Positions 10,748 through 20,944 of a stretch of 64,000 nt of DNA are shown piece after piece. The DNA comes from Alphaproteobacteria bacterium. GTDB lineage: Bacteria; Pseudomonadota; Alphaproteobacteria; MPNO01; UBA830. The notes under the pieces are model-generated. The model saw nothing but the letters and a program-made list of their open reading frames with translations. It did not search any database and had not been told where the DNA came from. Every line of letters starts with the position of its first letter. Positions within the stretch are counted from its first letter, which is position 1. The position numbers were made by a program, and so were the translations under genes. The stretch spans positions 170,888 to 234,887 of the forward strand of contig JAYQSP010000011.1 of assembly GCA_038146925.1 (NCBI GenBank), given 5' to 3'.

Positions 10748-11722
10748 ATGATCCTTATCGACGGCTGCCAGTATGCCAACTGGTCGGAAAAGATCTTTCG
10801 CGAAATGAACGCGGGCGGCGTGTCCGCGGTGCACGTCACGATCTGCTATCACGAGGATTTCCGCGAAACGGTCGAGAACATGGCCGACTGGAACCGCATG
10901 TTCGAGCGCTTCCCCGATCTGATCGTACCCGGCCGGACGGCGGAAGATGTGCGTCGGGCGCATGCGGAGGGGCGGACCGCCATCGTCTTCGGGTTTCAGA
11001 ACTGTTCGCCCATCGAGGACGATATCGGGCTGGTGGAAATCTGCCATCAGCTCGGCGCGCGGTTCATGCAGCTGACCTACAACAATCAGAGCCTGCTCGC
11101 GACCGGCTGCTAAGAGGAAAACGATACCGGCGTCACCCGCATGGGCCGTCAGGTGATCGCCGAGATGAACCGGGTGGGGCTGGTCGTCGACATGAGCCAT
11201 TCGGGCGAACGATCCACCCTGGAGGCCATCGAGATTTCCGATCGCCCCATCGCCATCACGCATGCCAACCCGGCGTTCTGGCACCCGGCGCTAAGCAACA
11301 AGTCGGACGACGTGCTGAAAGCGCTGGGCGACAGCGGCGGCATGCTTAAGTTTTCGCTGTACCCGCATCATCTGAAGGAAAAGTCCGACTGCACGGTCGA
11401 AAGCTTTTGCGACATGGTCGCGCGCACCGCCGACCTGATGGGGATCGATGATATCGGCCTCGGCAGCGATCTCTGCCAGGATAACCCCGACAGCGTCGTC
11501 GAATGGATGCGGGTCGGCCGCTGGACCAAGGACATCGATTACGGCGAGGGTTCGGCGTCGGACGCGGGTTTTCCGCCGATGCCGTCCTGGTTCGGCGGGA
11601 ATCTGGATTTCGGGAACATCGCCGACGGGCTGCGGACGCATGGCTTTACCGACGCCGATGTCGAGAAGGTGATGGGCGGCAACTGGCTGCGGTTCTTCGG
11701 GGAGTCGTTCGGGCCGGCCTAG
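10748..11722 (+). pseudogene. membrane dipeptidase (peptidase M19) interrupted by an in-frame TAA at 11111-11113; both halves are in the same frame and conserved end to end
   Basis: LTYNNQSLLATGC*EENDTG...EMNRVGLVVDMSHSG matches the M19 consensus LTYN..N.LGDGCLE....GL; the stop sits where Leu or Tyr is expected. Confidence 0.8.
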
Positions 11723-11741
11723 GAGGTTGCGTCCGGGTCGT

Positions 11742-11857
11742 GTTTCACCCTCTCCCTGGCCCTCCCCTCAAGGAGGGGGTGATTAAGACTATTTGTTGCG
11801 GCACACCCAGTCCCCTCGCCCCATCGGGGAGAGGGTTGGGGAGAGGGGGACGAAACC
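11742..11857. repeat. GC-rich nested palindromic element (GTTTCACCCTCTCCC ... GGGAGAGGGGGACGAAAC with inner CCCCTC/GAGGGG hairpins) filling the convergent 3' intergenic spacer; REP-like element and/or bidirectional terminator
   Basis: Inverted repeats read directly from the sequence. Confidence 0.5.
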
Positions 11858-12229
11858 CTACTCCGCCGCGTCCAGAATATGCTGCGGCGTCGACGACACG
11901 ACCTCGCCGTATTTCGGCACGAACGCGCCTTTTTCCAGGTCTTTAATATGCTTGACGAATTCCGGCGCGATTTCCTGCAGCTCGACCAGGATGCGTTTGT
12001 GTTCTTCGACGCTCGCCCATTCGCCGATCAGCCAGAAATGGTCTTCGTCTTCGGTGTCCCGCAGCATGACGCCGTCTTTCACCTGATAGGGCGATTTGTG
12101 CATCGGATTGCCGTCGGAATAGTCGAATTCCTCGAACAGGCGCACGAATTCCTCGCCCGTGCCGGGTTTCACGTAGAAGTCGTAGATATGAAAAAAGTTG
12201 CCTTTTTCGGCCAACGGTACGAGTGCCAT
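11858..12229 (-). CDS. small dimeric alpha/beta-barrel (ABM/Dabb/EthD-like) protein, last gene of the Rieske oxygenase operon; start taken at the internal Met MALVPL
   Basis: About 124 aa, position downstream of the oxygenase beta subunit; weak family assignment. Confidence 0.45.
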   Translation of the reverse strand: MALVPLAEKGNFFHIYDFYVKPGTGEEFVRLFEEFDYSDGNPMHKSPYQVKDGVMLRDTEDEDHFWLIGEWASVEEHKRILVELQEIAPEFVKHIKDLEKGAFVPKYGEVVSSTPQHILDAAE

Positions 12230-12267
12230 GAGGTTTCTCCCTTGGGGTTGATCCCGCGTTGCGTCCG

Positions 12268-12768
12268 CTACACGGGAAAGACCAGACAATTGTCGATCAT
12301 CACGCTGTCATAGGTGCAGATGCGTTCCTTCAGCAGCAGCTTTCCGCCATCGCGGACGAACACGTCGCGGTATTTGCCGACCTGCTGAATCCGGCTCGGC
12401 TCTTCGACCAGGGTCTCGATCAGCGTGTAATTGGCCGACGCCTGTATTTCGTTTCCGTCTATCGCCAGCGCCCGGGTGTTGGTGATCGACAGATGCAGGT
12501 ATCGCGGCGCAAACATTTCCGTGTTCAGCAGCGCATAGGCGCGGTCCTTCATCATCGCCTTGCCTTCGCAGTAGATCAGCCCGAGCGGCAGGCCCGATTC
12601 CGCGTTGTCGCGGGCGATGACGTGGTAGTAGGCGTCTTCGGTGAAGTATTCGACCCAGCCGTCGACATCCATCGCGTCCAGCGTTTCGGCGTACGCGTAG
12701 TTGAACTCCTCTATATCCAGCCGTGCCTCGCGCAGGGCGGCGTCTTTTTCCTTTATCGCCGTCGCCAT
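12268..12768 (-). CDS. aromatic-ring-hydroxylating dioxygenase beta subunit (NTF2/SnoaL-like)
   Basis: 166 aa, placed immediately downstream of the alpha subunit; beta-subunit conserved N-terminal region. Confidence 0.8.
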   Translation of the reverse strand: MATAIKEKDAALREARLDIEEFNYAYAETLDAMDVDGWVEYFTEDAYYHVIARDNAESGLPLGLIYCEGKAMMKDRAYALLNTEMFAPRYLHLSITNTRALAIDGNEIQASANYTLIETLVEEPSRIQQVGKYRDVFVRDGGKLLLKERICTYDSVMIDNCLVFPV

Positions 12769-12770
12769 CG

Positions 12771-14072
12771 TCAGAACTCCATCACGTCGCGGTAATAACG
12801 ATACATGCCGCGGATCGCGCGTTCGGTGATGATGGTTTCCGTCGGTTCGTCATCCTCGCCCAGGATGGCGAGCCCTTCGCGCGGCATCGCCGTACGCAAC
12901 CCGTCCTGCAGGAATTTGAGCGCCTCATTGTCCTCGATTCCGAGGAAGCCGGCGGGTCCGAAGATATTGTTCTGGCGCAGGCGGTGGCGCGTCATTTCCT
13001 CGTCGTCGTCGGCACGCCCGAAGACGGTCCACAGCATCATGAATTCGTTGGGGCCGCGCGGCACCAGAAGGCGCGTGTTCAGGATGTTGGTCTGGCGCAG
13101 GGCGGTCAGCGTCGGAAAGATCGTCAGAACCGATCCGGACCATTTGGAATCCGCTTCCGGAAAGAACGCCAGGACGCGCGGATCGTTCAGTTCCATGGTT
13201 TTCTTGAACGCCTGCATGCTGGCCTGGTCTTCTTCCGACACGTCGGGACGTCCGTCCGACCGGCGCGACAGCAGTCCGCCGTGACGGCCGTACTTGTCGG
13301 TCGGAATATTGGATTCGTTGGACGACACGAACAGGCCGAACGTCGTCAGATAGGTATGCAGCAGCGTGGCGTGATAGGGGTCTTTCAGGTTTTCCTGATA
13401 CAGCTTCCAGTTGCTGGGCAGGATATTGCGGTGAACCCCCAGCAACTTGAATTCCGTTCCGTCGAAGGTGGCGTCGAACTCGGCGCAGATTTCCGGGCCG
13501 AGATAATCCTCGACGGATTCCATGTCATCGCAGGCGGTCGCGAAGATCACGCCGCCCCTGGTCGCGACATGGAACCGGCGCAAACCGAATTCCGCCATGT
13601 CGAAATCCTTCGGCGCGCCGCCCAGTCCCTTCACGCCGCGGCGGAACGGGATGGCCGTCAGGTCGCCCTTCAGATCGTATGTCCAGTTGTGATACGGGCA
13701 GATGAAACTGTCCGCAGTGCCGCGGTATTCGCGGCAGAATTCCACCCCGCGATGGGCGCACCGGTTCTCGAAGACGTGTATTTCGCCGTCCATGTCGCGG
13801 GTGACGACGACCGGATACGGGCCGACATAGGACCGCATGTAACTGCCCGGTTCGGGGACTTCGCAGTCGAGCCCGACGTAATTCCAGTGCCGGCCGAGAA
13901 AAATCTTCTCGATCTCGCGTTCGTAGACGTCCTGATCGGTATAGATCCAGTCGGGGATGCGGGTTTCATCCGCGGGCCAGGTACGGTCCGTGCCGTTATG
14001 CCCGTCGGACCCCGCTAAAAGTCTGCTGTTGCCGTCCATGCTTTCTTCTCCCGCCGGGAGGGCGTTGATCAA
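12771..14072 (-). CDS. Rieske [2Fe-2S] aromatic-ring-hydroxylating oxygenase alpha subunit
   Basis: CAHRG...CPYHNW Rieske motif and a mononuclear-iron catalytic-domain layout. Confidence 0.9.
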   Translation of the reverse strand: MINALPAGEESMDGNSRLLAGSDGHNGTDRTWPADETRIPDWIYTDQDVYEREIEKIFLGRHWNYVGLDCEVPEPGSYMRSYVGPYPVVVTRDMDGEIHVFENRCAHRGVEFCREYRGTADSFICPYHNWTYDLKGDLTAIPFRRGVKGLGGAPKDFDMAEFGLRRFHVATRGGVIFATACDDMESVEDYLGPEICAEFDATFDGTEFKLLGVHRNILPSNWKLYQENLKDPYHATLLHTYLTTFGLFVSSNESNIPTDKYGRHGGLLSRRSDGRPDVSEEDQASMQAFKKTMELNDPRVLAFFPEADSKWSGSVLTIFPTLTALRQTNILNTRLLVPRGPNEFMMLWTVFGRADDDEEMTRHRLRQNNIFGPAGFLGIEDNEALKFLQDGLRTAMPREGLAILGEDDEPTETIITERAIRGMYRYYRDVMEF

Positions 14073-14248
14073 GTATTGAGGACTGGCAGGCTGCCATCAA
14101 GGGCTATTGTGACGCATGGAAACGCCCGAAAACCGCCGTTGACAGCGCGGGCCCACCTCAACATACTCCCGCTCTTTTTTCGGCCCGGCGACGGGCCGAT
14201 TGGATTCGGGCGCACATGCGCGGGAGAAAACCGGTGAATCAGTCAGTC

Positions 14249-15406
14249 ATGCCATCCTACGGGCGCACGGACATCGCCTTCGAAAGGGGCGAAGGTCCTT
14301 ACCTGTATACGTCTGACGGCCGCAGGTTTCTCGATTTCGGCGCCGGGATCGCGGTCACCGCGCTGGGGCACAATCATCCGCATCTGGTCAAGGCGCTGAC
14401 CGATCAGGCGGGATCGCTGTGGCACACGTCGAACCTCTATCACATACCGCAGCAACAGAGGCTTGCCGACCGGCTGGTCGAAACCTCGTTCGCGGACACG
14501 GTGTTTTTCTGCAATTCCGGAGCGGAATCCGTAGAAGCGTCCATAAAGCTGATGCGCAAGTATCACAGCGCCAACGGCAATCCCGAGCGCTACCGGATGA
14601 TCTCGTTCGAAGGCAGTTTCCATGGGCGGACGCTGGCGACCATCGCCGCCGGCGCCAACGATGCGCACCGGGCCGGGTTCGGACCGGCGGTCGACGGGTT
14701 CGATCACGTGGCATTCGGCAACATGAACGAGGTCCGCAACGCGGTCACAGCCGAAACCGCCGGCATCATGATCGAGCCCGTGCAGGGCGAGGGCGGCATC
14801 CGCCCGGCGGACGAACAGTTTCTCAAGGACCTGCGCGCGTTGTGCGACGAAGCCGGACTGCTGCTGATGTTCGACGAGGTTCAGACCGGTGTCGGCCGGA
14901 CCGGCAGGCTCTGGGCGCATCAATGGTCGGGCGTGACGCCGGACGTCATGTCGTCGGCCAAGGCGCTGGGCGGCGGATTCCCGATCGGCGCCTGCCTGGC
15001 GACGGCGGAAGCCGCCAAAGGCATTGTCCCGGGCACGCATGGCAGCACCTTCGGCGGCAACCCGCTGGCGGCGGCCTGCGCCAATGCGGTGCTCGATGTA
15101 ATTCTGGAAGACGGTTTCCTCGACCATGTGGTCGAAATGGGCAAGCGTGTCGAAACGGAACTGAACGATGTGGCGTCACGGTATCCGAATGTCATCGAAA
15201 GCGTGCGCGGCATCGGCATGATGTGGGGGATGAAATGCGTCGTGCCGAACGGGCAGATGGTCGCAAAGGCGTTCGATCATGGTCTGCTCACGGTGCCGGC
15301 CGGCGACAATGTCGTCCGGTTTCTGCCGCCGCTGATCGTCGATGAAACCCATATCGAAGAGGCGGTCGGTGCGATCGAGGCCTGCGCCAAAGAATTCGAG
15401 TCATGA
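14249..15406 (+). CDS. argD: acetylornithine/succinylornithine aminotransferase (start at MPSYGRTD; the ORF track starts at 14216)
   Basis: Class-III PLP aminotransferase with an ArgD-like N-terminus; the gene ends in ATGA overlapping the argF start. Confidence 0.9.
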   Translation: MPSYGRTDIAFERGEGPYLYTSDGRRFLDFGAGIAVTALGHNHPHLVKALTDQAGSLWHTSNLYHIPQQQRLADRLVETSFADTVFFCNSGAESVEASIKLMRKYHSANGNPERYRMISFEGSFHGRTLATIAAGANDAHRAGFGPAVDGFDHVAFGNMNEVRNAVTAETAGIMIEPVQGEGGIRPADEQFLKDLRALCDEAGLLLMFDEVQTGVGRTGRLWAHQWSGVTPDVMSSAKALGGGFPIGACLATAEAAKGIVPGTHGSTFGGNPLAAACANAVLDVILEDGFLDHVVEMGKRVETELNDVASRYPNVIESVRGIGMMWGMKCVVPNGQMVAKAFDHGLLTVPAGDNVVRFLPPLIVDETHIEEAVGAIEACAKEFES

Positions 15407-16317
15407 AAAGCGTGCCCCGGCATTTCCTTGAGCTGAAAGAAGTCGCGTCGGACGAATTGCGCCGTATCGTCGATATGGGGGCGTCGTTCAAACGCGGCGA
15501 AAAGCTGAACGGCACGGCGCAACCGCTGACCGGCCGTGCGCTGGCGATGATTTTCGAAAAACCGTCGACGCGGACACGGGTTTCGTTCGAGGTCGCGATG
15601 AAGCAGCTCGGCGGTTCCGTCGTCGTGCTGACGCCCAACGAGATGCAGATCGGCCGCGGCGAGACCATCGCCGATACGGCGCGCGTCCTGTCGCGTTACG
15701 TCGACGCCATCATGATGCGGACGACGGAGAATACGAAGCTGGCGGAGCTCGCGTCCCATGCCGAGGTGCCGGTGATCAACGGACTGACCGATCACTCGCA
15801 CCCCTGTCAGCTGATGGCGGACATCATGACGTTCGAGGAACATCGCGGCGGTATAGCCGGCAAGCGGATCGCCTGGTGCGGGGACGGGAACAACATGGCG
15901 CGGAGCTGGATCGAGGCCGCGGCGAGGTTCGATTTCGAAATGCGGCTGGCCTGTCCGACCGAACTGGCGCCGCCCCAGGACGCCATTGACTGGGCGCGCC
16001 GGGAAGGCGCCACGATCGTATCGACGACCGATCCGGATGAAGCCGTCGACGGCGTCGACTGCGTGGTTACCGATACCTGGGTGTCGATGGGCGATACGGA
16101 AGCCGAGAAACGTCATAATCTGCTGTCGCCGTACAAGGTGGACCGGCGCCTGATGGAGCGGGCGGCAAACGATGCGATTTTTATGCATTGCCTGCCGGCG
16201 CATCGCGACGAAGAAGTCACCGCCGAGGTGCTGGACGGCCCGCAATCGGTAATCTGGGACGAAGCGGAAAACCGCCTGCACGCGCAAAAAGGCATCCTTG
16301 CCTGGTGCCTGTCCTGA
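15403..16317 (+). CDS. argF: ornithine carbamoyltransferase
   Basis: STRTRVSFE carbamoyl-phosphate motif and the HCLP motif. Confidence 0.9.
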   Translation: MKSVPRHFLELKEVASDELRRIVDMGASFKRGEKLNGTAQPLTGRALAMIFEKPSTRTRVSFEVAMKQLGGSVVVLTPNEMQIGRGETIADTARVLSRYVDAIMMRTTENTKLAELASHAEVPVINGLTDHSHPCQLMADIMTFEEHRGGIAGKRIAWCGDGNNMARSWIEAAARFDFEMRLACPTELAPPQDAIDWARREGATIVSTTDPDEAVDGVDCVVTDTWVSMGDTEAEKRHNLLSPYKVDRRLMERAANDAIFMHCLPAHRDEEVTAEVLDGPQSVIWDEAENRLHAQKGILAWCLS

Positions 16318-16324
16318 CCCGGTG

Positions 16325-17251
16325 ATGGATATCCCCGCCGTTCCCGACGATATCGTCCAGCCGTTTCAACTCGAAAACGCGGTCGCGCGCGGCCGCCTCG
16401 TTCGCCTGGGGCCGGCTGTTCAGGACATCCTGAACGCGCATGATTATCCGGACCCGGTGGCGGGCATACTCGCCGAAACGCTGGCACTGGCGTCGCTGGT
16501 GGCCGGGATCTTCAAGTTCGACGGACTGTTTTCCTTGCAGGCGAAAGGCGATGGGCCGGTCGGCATCGTCGTCGCCGATCTGACCAGCGACGGCGCGTTA
16601 CGGGGATTCGCGCAGTTCCGTGCCGACGAGGTCGCGGCGCTGGGCGACAAATGGCGTGACGGGCCGGTGCCGCATCTTCTCGGTGGGGGGTATCTCAGCT
16701 TTACGGTCGACCAGGGCAAGGAAACCGATCGGTATCAGGGTATCGTCGAGCTGACCGGCGCAACGCTGGCCGACTGCGCCCACAACTATTTCCATCAGTC
16801 CGACCAGTTCGACGGCGTGGTCAAGCTGACGTCGGGCAAAACGACGGACGGCGCCTGGCGTTCCGGCGGATTGCTGGTTCAGAAATTGCCGCCGGAGGGC
16901 ATGGTCCTGCAGTCGGGCGATGCGGCCGACGAGGATTTCGAGGAAGCGTGGCGCCGCGCCGTCGTGCTGATGAGCAGTAGCCGGGACGTCGAGCTGCTGG
17001 ACGCGGAATTGCATCCTCACGATCTGCTGTTTCGGCTGTTTCACGAGGACGGCGTTCGGGTATTCGATCCCGACAGTCTGGAAATGCGATGCCGGTGTTC
17101 TTCCGAGCGCGTGGAGAACATGCTGAAATCCTTTCCCCGCGAAGAGATTGAAACCCTGAAGATCGGCGATGACGTCGTGGTGTCCTGTGAATTCTGCGGC
17201 CGCGACTATGCGTTTTCCGAAAAAGAACTCGACCGTGTCTTTGGCGGTTGA
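16325..17251 (+). CDS. hslO: redox-regulated chaperone Hsp33
   Basis: C-terminal CxC...CxxC zinc centre (CRCSSE...CEFCGRDY); conserved argD-argF-hslO synteny. Confidence 0.9.
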   Translation: MDIPAVPDDIVQPFQLENAVARGRLVRLGPAVQDILNAHDYPDPVAGILAETLALASLVAGIFKFDGLFSLQAKGDGPVGIVVADLTSDGALRGFAQFRADEVAALGDKWRDGPVPHLLGGGYLSFTVDQGKETDRYQGIVELTGATLADCAHNYFHQSDQFDGVVKLTSGKTTDGAWRSGGLLVQKLPPEGMVLQSGDAADEDFEEAWRRAVVLMSSSRDVELLDAELHPHDLLFRLFHEDGVRVFDPDSLEMRCRCSSERVENMLKSFPREEIETLKIGDDVVVSCEFCGRDYAFSEKELDRVFGG

Positions 17252-17306
17252 TGTTCGCCCCGATCGGGAACATATAGAAACGGTACCCGCAATCAGGAGA
17301 GACCGC

Positions 17307-17897
17307 ATGGGGCTCGGATCCTTTAAGACCGCCTGTCTGGCGTTTGTCGCCATTGTGGTTGCCGGGTGCGCCGCAGAGGTGCAGAAACCCGGCTTCCCGC
17401 AGATTTCCTTTGCACATCTTCAACCCATTTCTCTGAACGTCGCCCGGGTGGAAGTCGAAAACCGTTACGTTTCGCCTGCTGCGCGACCGAATGTAGAGCA
17501 TGAGTTTCCGGTTTCGCCCGCCGCCGTTGCGATGAACTGGGGGCGGGACCGTCTGCGTGCCGCCGGCGCGTCCGGCGTTGCGCGGGTTGTCGTGCGTCGG
17601 GCCAGCGTGGTCGAAGTGCCGTTGAAACGGTCCGAGGGCGTGAAGGGATTGTTTACGCGGGATCAGTCGGAGCGCTACGACGCGGTGATCGACATGATGG
17701 CCGAAATTCGGGACGAGGCCGGCAACGTCCGCGTTACCGTCGAATCCACGGCAAAACGGTCGCGAACGGTGTCGGAAAACATTTCCCTGATCGAACGCGA
17801 AAAGGTCTGGTTCGAAATGACCGAGGCGATGATGTCGGATCTGAACATGGCGCTGGAAAACCAGATGCGGATTCATATGAAAGCCTGGATCCGCTGA
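17307..17897 (+). CDS. lipoprotein of unknown function
   Basis: AGGAGA ribosome-binding site, signal peptide with a VVAGC lipobox. Confidence 0.55.
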   Translation: MGLGSFKTACLAFVAIVVAGCAAEVQKPGFPQISFAHLQPISLNVARVEVENRYVSPAARPNVEHEFPVSPAAVAMNWGRDRLRAAGASGVARVVVRRASVVEVPLKRSEGVKGLFTRDQSERYDAVIDMMAEIRDEAGNVRVTVESTAKRSRTVSENISLIEREKVWFEMTEAMMSDLNMALENQMRIHMKAWIR

Positions 17898-18015
17898 CCG
17901 GATTCGCCACTGCTTGCCTCCCCTTGTTGCTATGGCAAGCCGCCGATACGCTCTGTCTGCGTTTTCGGGGTCGCGATAAAGGGAATCCCGCAACCGGTTA
18001 CGGAGAAATATCGAT

Positions 18016-18969
18016 ATGAAGAACATTGTTGCTACCGGCGTCGCTTTGGCGACAGCCATTTCATTTGCCGACGCCGCCTCGGCGCAGATTCATGGAATTG
18101 CGACGACGAAAGGCGGCGCAACGGCTCAGGTCTCGACCGCCATCGCAAAAGTGGTTTCCCTGAACAGTCCGTTAAAACTGCGCACGCAGGTATTGGGAGG
18201 CACGCAGCAATACATCCCGGTCGTTAATGCGGGTGAAATGACCTTTGGTCTTTCCAATCTGCCGCAATATACGATGGCGAAAACCGGTACCGGCCTGTCG
18301 GCCGGCACGAAGTACGAAAACCTGCGTATTGTCGCGACGATGATGGTGTTTCGCGTCGGTCCCATCGTCGGCCGGAGTTCCGGCATCAGCAAACTGTCCG
18401 ATCTGCGTGGCAAACGGGCGCCCGCCGGTTTCAAGGCGGCGCCGCTTTTCAATTACGTCCTCGGATCGATGCTGGCGAATGCCGGACTGTCTCTCGAAGA
18501 TACCAAGAAGGTTCCGGTCATCGCCTTGCGTCAGCATTGGAACGCCTTCAAGCAGGGCAAGATCGACGTCATGGTCGGCGCCGTCGGTACCGGGGTGCTC
18601 AAGGAAATCAATGCCGCGGTGAACGGCGGCATCAAGTATCTGACGCTCGATCCGTCCGACGAAGCAGTCAAACGAACCGTTGCGGTCTATCCCGGTTCGT
18701 ACCTGAAGGTCGTCAAGCCGGCGAAGCCGCTGACCGGCGTTCTGGAACCTGTCCATGTACTGCATTTCGACTATCTGTTCTGGACGCACAAGGATGCGCC
18801 CGACGATGTTGTCTACACCGCGACCAAGACGATGTATGAAAACGAAAAGCTGCTTCGGGAATCGAGCCCGCTGTGGCGGTCGCATTCGTCCAAGCGCATG
18901 TCGAAGGACCAGGGCTTCGCGCTCCATCCCGCGGCTCTCAAATTCTACAAGGAAGTCGGCGCGCGGTAG
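18016..18969 (+). CDS. TAXI-family TRAP transporter solute-binding protein (orphan; no permease adjacent)
   Basis: Signal peptide, TTKGGATAQ motif, about 317 aa. Confidence 0.75.
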   Translation: MKNIVATGVALATAISFADAASAQIHGIATTKGGATAQVSTAIAKVVSLNSPLKLRTQVLGGTQQYIPVVNAGEMTFGLSNLPQYTMAKTGTGLSAGTKYENLRIVATMMVFRVGPIVGRSSGISKLSDLRGKRAPAGFKAAPLFNYVLGSMLANAGLSLEDTKKVPVIALRQHWNAFKQGKIDVMVGAVGTGVLKEINAAVNGGIKYLTLDPSDEAVKRTVAVYPGSYLKVVKPAKPLTGVLEPVHVLHFDYLFWTHKDAPDDVVYTATKTMYENEKLLRESSPLWRSHSSKRMSKDQGFALHPAALKFYKEVGAR

Positions 18970-18974
18970 CCCGG

Positions 18975-19793
18975 TTGTCGAGCCCGTTCGACCTCCCACC
19001 GCCCGAACAGCGTACGCATCAGGTAGACGGCCTCCATGTTCAGGAGGCCGTCCCGCCTGACGGCGGCGCCTTCGCCCTGCCGGTTCTGTTCGTGCATGGC
19101 GCCTTTCACGGATGGTGGGCCTATACGCGGTGGCTGCCCTGGTTCGCGAATGCGGGCGTGCGGTCCTATGCGTTATCGGTGCGCAATCATGAAGGCTCCC
19201 GGCAGCTTACGGCCGAGCAATACCGTACGACCGGAATTGAGCACTACGTCGAGGATATCCGCGCCGTTCAGGGCTGGATCGGCGGCCCGGTAGTGCTGAT
19301 AGGGCACAGCCTGGGCGGTCTGATGGTGCAGAAGGCCGCCGAACAGGGCGGTGTCGCCGCGGTGATCTGTATCGGGTCGGCAAGCCCGGCGGGTATCGGC
19401 GCGACGCGGGATTTCGAATGGGACGAGGAAAAGCCCCTGCTGTTCGACCGCGACCGGATGCGCGGTGCAATGTTCGCCGATATCGACCGGTCGGCGTTCG
19501 ACGCGATCTATGACAGGTTGGTGCCGGAATCGACTCGGGCGCTCAATCAGTCGGGCCTTGCGGGTGTCGAAGTGGATCCCGCCCGAATTTCCGCGCCGAT
19601 GCTTTTTGTCGGTACCGATCACGATGGCGTCGGACTGCACCCCGCCGAAAAGCTTGCCGCGTTCTACGGCGCGGCGCACATGACCGTTCCCGGCACCAGT
19701 CACGACGTACTGCTCGAAGACAGCGGTCTGCGCATGGCGGCGCATATTCTTTCCTGGCTCTGCCGGACCGTGGACGGTTTCGAATCGCCTTAA
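18975..19793 (+). CDS. alpha/beta hydrolase (start uncertain; a TTG at 18975 is proposed, and the ATG at 18873 would overlap the upstream gene by 97 nt)
   Basis: HGAFHG oxyanion-hole region and the GHSLGG nucleophile elbow. Confidence 0.7.
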   Translation: MSSPFDLPPPEQRTHQVDGLHVQEAVPPDGGAFALPVLFVHGAFHGWWAYTRWLPWFANAGVRSYALSVRNHEGSRQLTAEQYRTTGIEHYVEDIRAVQGWIGGPVVLIGHSLGGLMVQKAAEQGGVAAVICIGSASPAGIGATRDFEWDEEKPLLFDRDRMRGAMFADIDRSAFDAIYDRLVPESTRALNQSGLAGVEVDPARISAPMLFVGTDHDGVGLHPAEKLAAFYGAAHMTVPGTSHDVLLEDSGLRMAAHILSWLCRTVDGFESP

Positions 19794-20944
19794 GCGGGAG
19801 CGGATGCGATCCGGTCCAGAAATTCGAGACAGGCGGCAAGCTGATCGCGTTCGATGAATTCGTCCGGCTGATGGGCCTGGGCGATATCGCCCGGTCCGCA
19901 GATGACGGCCGGGATGCCGGCGCCGGCGAACAGGCTGGCCTCGGTGACGAACGCGACAGCGCCGGCGCTGTTCAGTCCCGATGCCTTGCGCGCGATATGT
20001 TCGGCCATCGATTCCGGCGCGTCGAACGGCGGCACCAGCACGTCACGCACGGTTTGCACGAAGGCGTTTGCGTCCTTGGCCCGCATGCGGGGCAGCAATT
20101 CCGCTTCCACCCAGTCGTTCACCCGTGCCGTGATGGCGTCCGGATCGGCGCCGGGGATCGGACGGAATTCCCAGTTCAGCCGCGTTTCGCGCGCGATGAT
20201 GTTCACCGCATCGCCGCCCGCGATCTTTCCCGCGTTGAACGTTGTGTAGGGCGGTTCGAACCGGTCGTCGCGTTCGGTTTCGGCCAACTCGTCGCACAGC
20301 CGATACAGATAGGAGACGAAAGAAGCCGCAGCTTCTATCGCGTTGACGCCGTCCTGGGGACGGCTGGAATGAGCCTCGCGGCCATGGATGGTGGTGGTGT
20401 TGGCGCAGATGCCCTTGTGCGTGTTGGCGATCTGCATGTTCGTGGGTTCGCCCACGATCACGGCGCAGGGCTGCGGAATTTCGGCGGCGATGACGACGAT
20501 CATGCGTCCGACGCCGAGACAGCCCACTTCCTCGTCGTAGGAAAAGGCCAGATGGATCGGGCCGGGAAGTTCGCGCCCGGCGATGACCGGCGCCATGGCG
20601 AGCGCGCAGGCGATGAAGCCTTTCATGTCCGCCGCGCCGCGGCCGTAAAGCCGGCCGTCCCGTTCGGTCATGTCGAACGGATCGCTCGACCAGTCCTGAC
20701 CGTCCACGGGCACCACGTCCGAATGGCCCGACAGCACGATGCCGCCCTCGGTATCCGGGCCGATGGTGACGAACAGGTTGGCCTTGTCCCCGTCGTCCGA
20801 TCTGATTATCCGGGGCGTCAGATTGCGGTCTGACAGATAGTCGGCGACGTAGTCTATCAGCGGCAGGTTGGAGTTGCGCGACGTGGTGTCGAACGCGATC
20901 AGGTCGCCGAGAATCGAAGTTACGGTATCGACCGACGCCGGCAT
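19790..20944 (-). CDS. argE: acetylornithine deacetylase (M20 family)
   Basis: 384 aa M20 peptidase with an ArgE-like sequence; its ATG overlaps the trkH stop as TGATG. The rest of the 845-aa ORF in the track is antisense to trkH and spurious. Confidence 0.85.
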   Translation of the reverse strand: MPASVDTVTSILGDLIAFDTTSRNSNLPLIDYVADYLSDRNLTPRIIRSDDGDKANLFVTIGPDTEGGIVLSGHSDVVPVDGQDWSSDPFDMTERDGRLYGRGAADMKGFIACALAMAPVIAGRELPGPIHLAFSYDEEVGCLGVGRMIVVIAAEIPQPCAVIVGEPTNMQIANTHKGICANTTTIHGREAHSSRPQDGVNAIEAAASFVSYLYRLCDELAETERDDRFEPPYTTFNAGKIAGGDAVNIIARETRLNWEFRPIPGADPDAITARVNDWVEAELLPRMRAKDANAFVQTVRDVLVPPFDAPESMAEHIARKASGLNSAGAVAFVTEASLFAGAGIPAVICGPGDIAQAHQPDEFIERDQLAACLEFLDRIASAPA

